NCBI GenBank assembly: GCA_964016885.1
Contig: OZ024743.1
Location: forward strand, 315,022,001 to 315,086,000
Direction of reading: 5' to 3'
Length of the DNA stretch: 64,000 bases
Source: Eledone cirrhosa
Lineage: Eukaryota
The translations under genes and the position numbers were made by a program. The notes under the pieces were generated by a model, which was not told the origin of the DNA, ran no database searches, and was given only the letters and a program-made list of their open reading frames with translations. Shown in pieces: positions 63,897 to 64,000 of the stretch (position 1 is the stretch's first letter; each line of letters starts with the position of its first letter).

Positions 63897-64000
63897 CATA
63901 TACAGGGTGTTGACGATATTTGTTCGCAATTTTCAACTCTAATTTTATGCATTTTTTTTTACTTCCGTTGTCACTCTTGTGTTCATAAAATCAGTGACTA

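Noticed and set aside
63901-64000. TA-CAGGGTG, a possible Tc1/mariner terminal inverted repeat
   Set aside because: Cut by the window edge; no partner repeat or transposase visible.

Overview
Very AT-rich, repeat-saturated eukaryotic DNA with no recognisable host exon. The SINE sequences and long (TA)n tracts suggest an octopus or other cephalopod genome; this is an inference and was not searched. Left end: two decayed minus-strand R4/Dong-type RLE LINEs, a CRE-clade 3' end and an L1/Tx1-like 3' end clustered at (TAA)n tracts. The rest is dominated by Penelope-like elements (PLEs) inserted into (TA)n: one near-intact Hydra-clade RT+GIY-YIG element (10811-14618), two further Hydra-type families as large inverted repeats, a decayed second-clade PLE with inverted pLTRs, about a dozen short hairpin insertions, and three non-coding tandem (retrozyme-like) units. 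Most carry recognisable type I hammerhead ribozymes, including unusual ones (branched long stem II, U3-A8 swap, U4A). The most striking pattern: in most PLE hairpins one arm ends about 5-8 nt before an RCTC motif that usually opens an RCTC...GAGY stem-loop, and the other arm carries an extra tail. In the near-intact element the end of that tail is followed by a second copy of the stem-loop just upstream of the ATG, suggesting two tandem RT-initiation signals read from a circular or tandem RNA. Almost all ORF-track entries with YI/HT/CV/poly-M/poly-H content are microsatellite artefacts. Coordinates and pairings were read by eye and may be off by a few bases.
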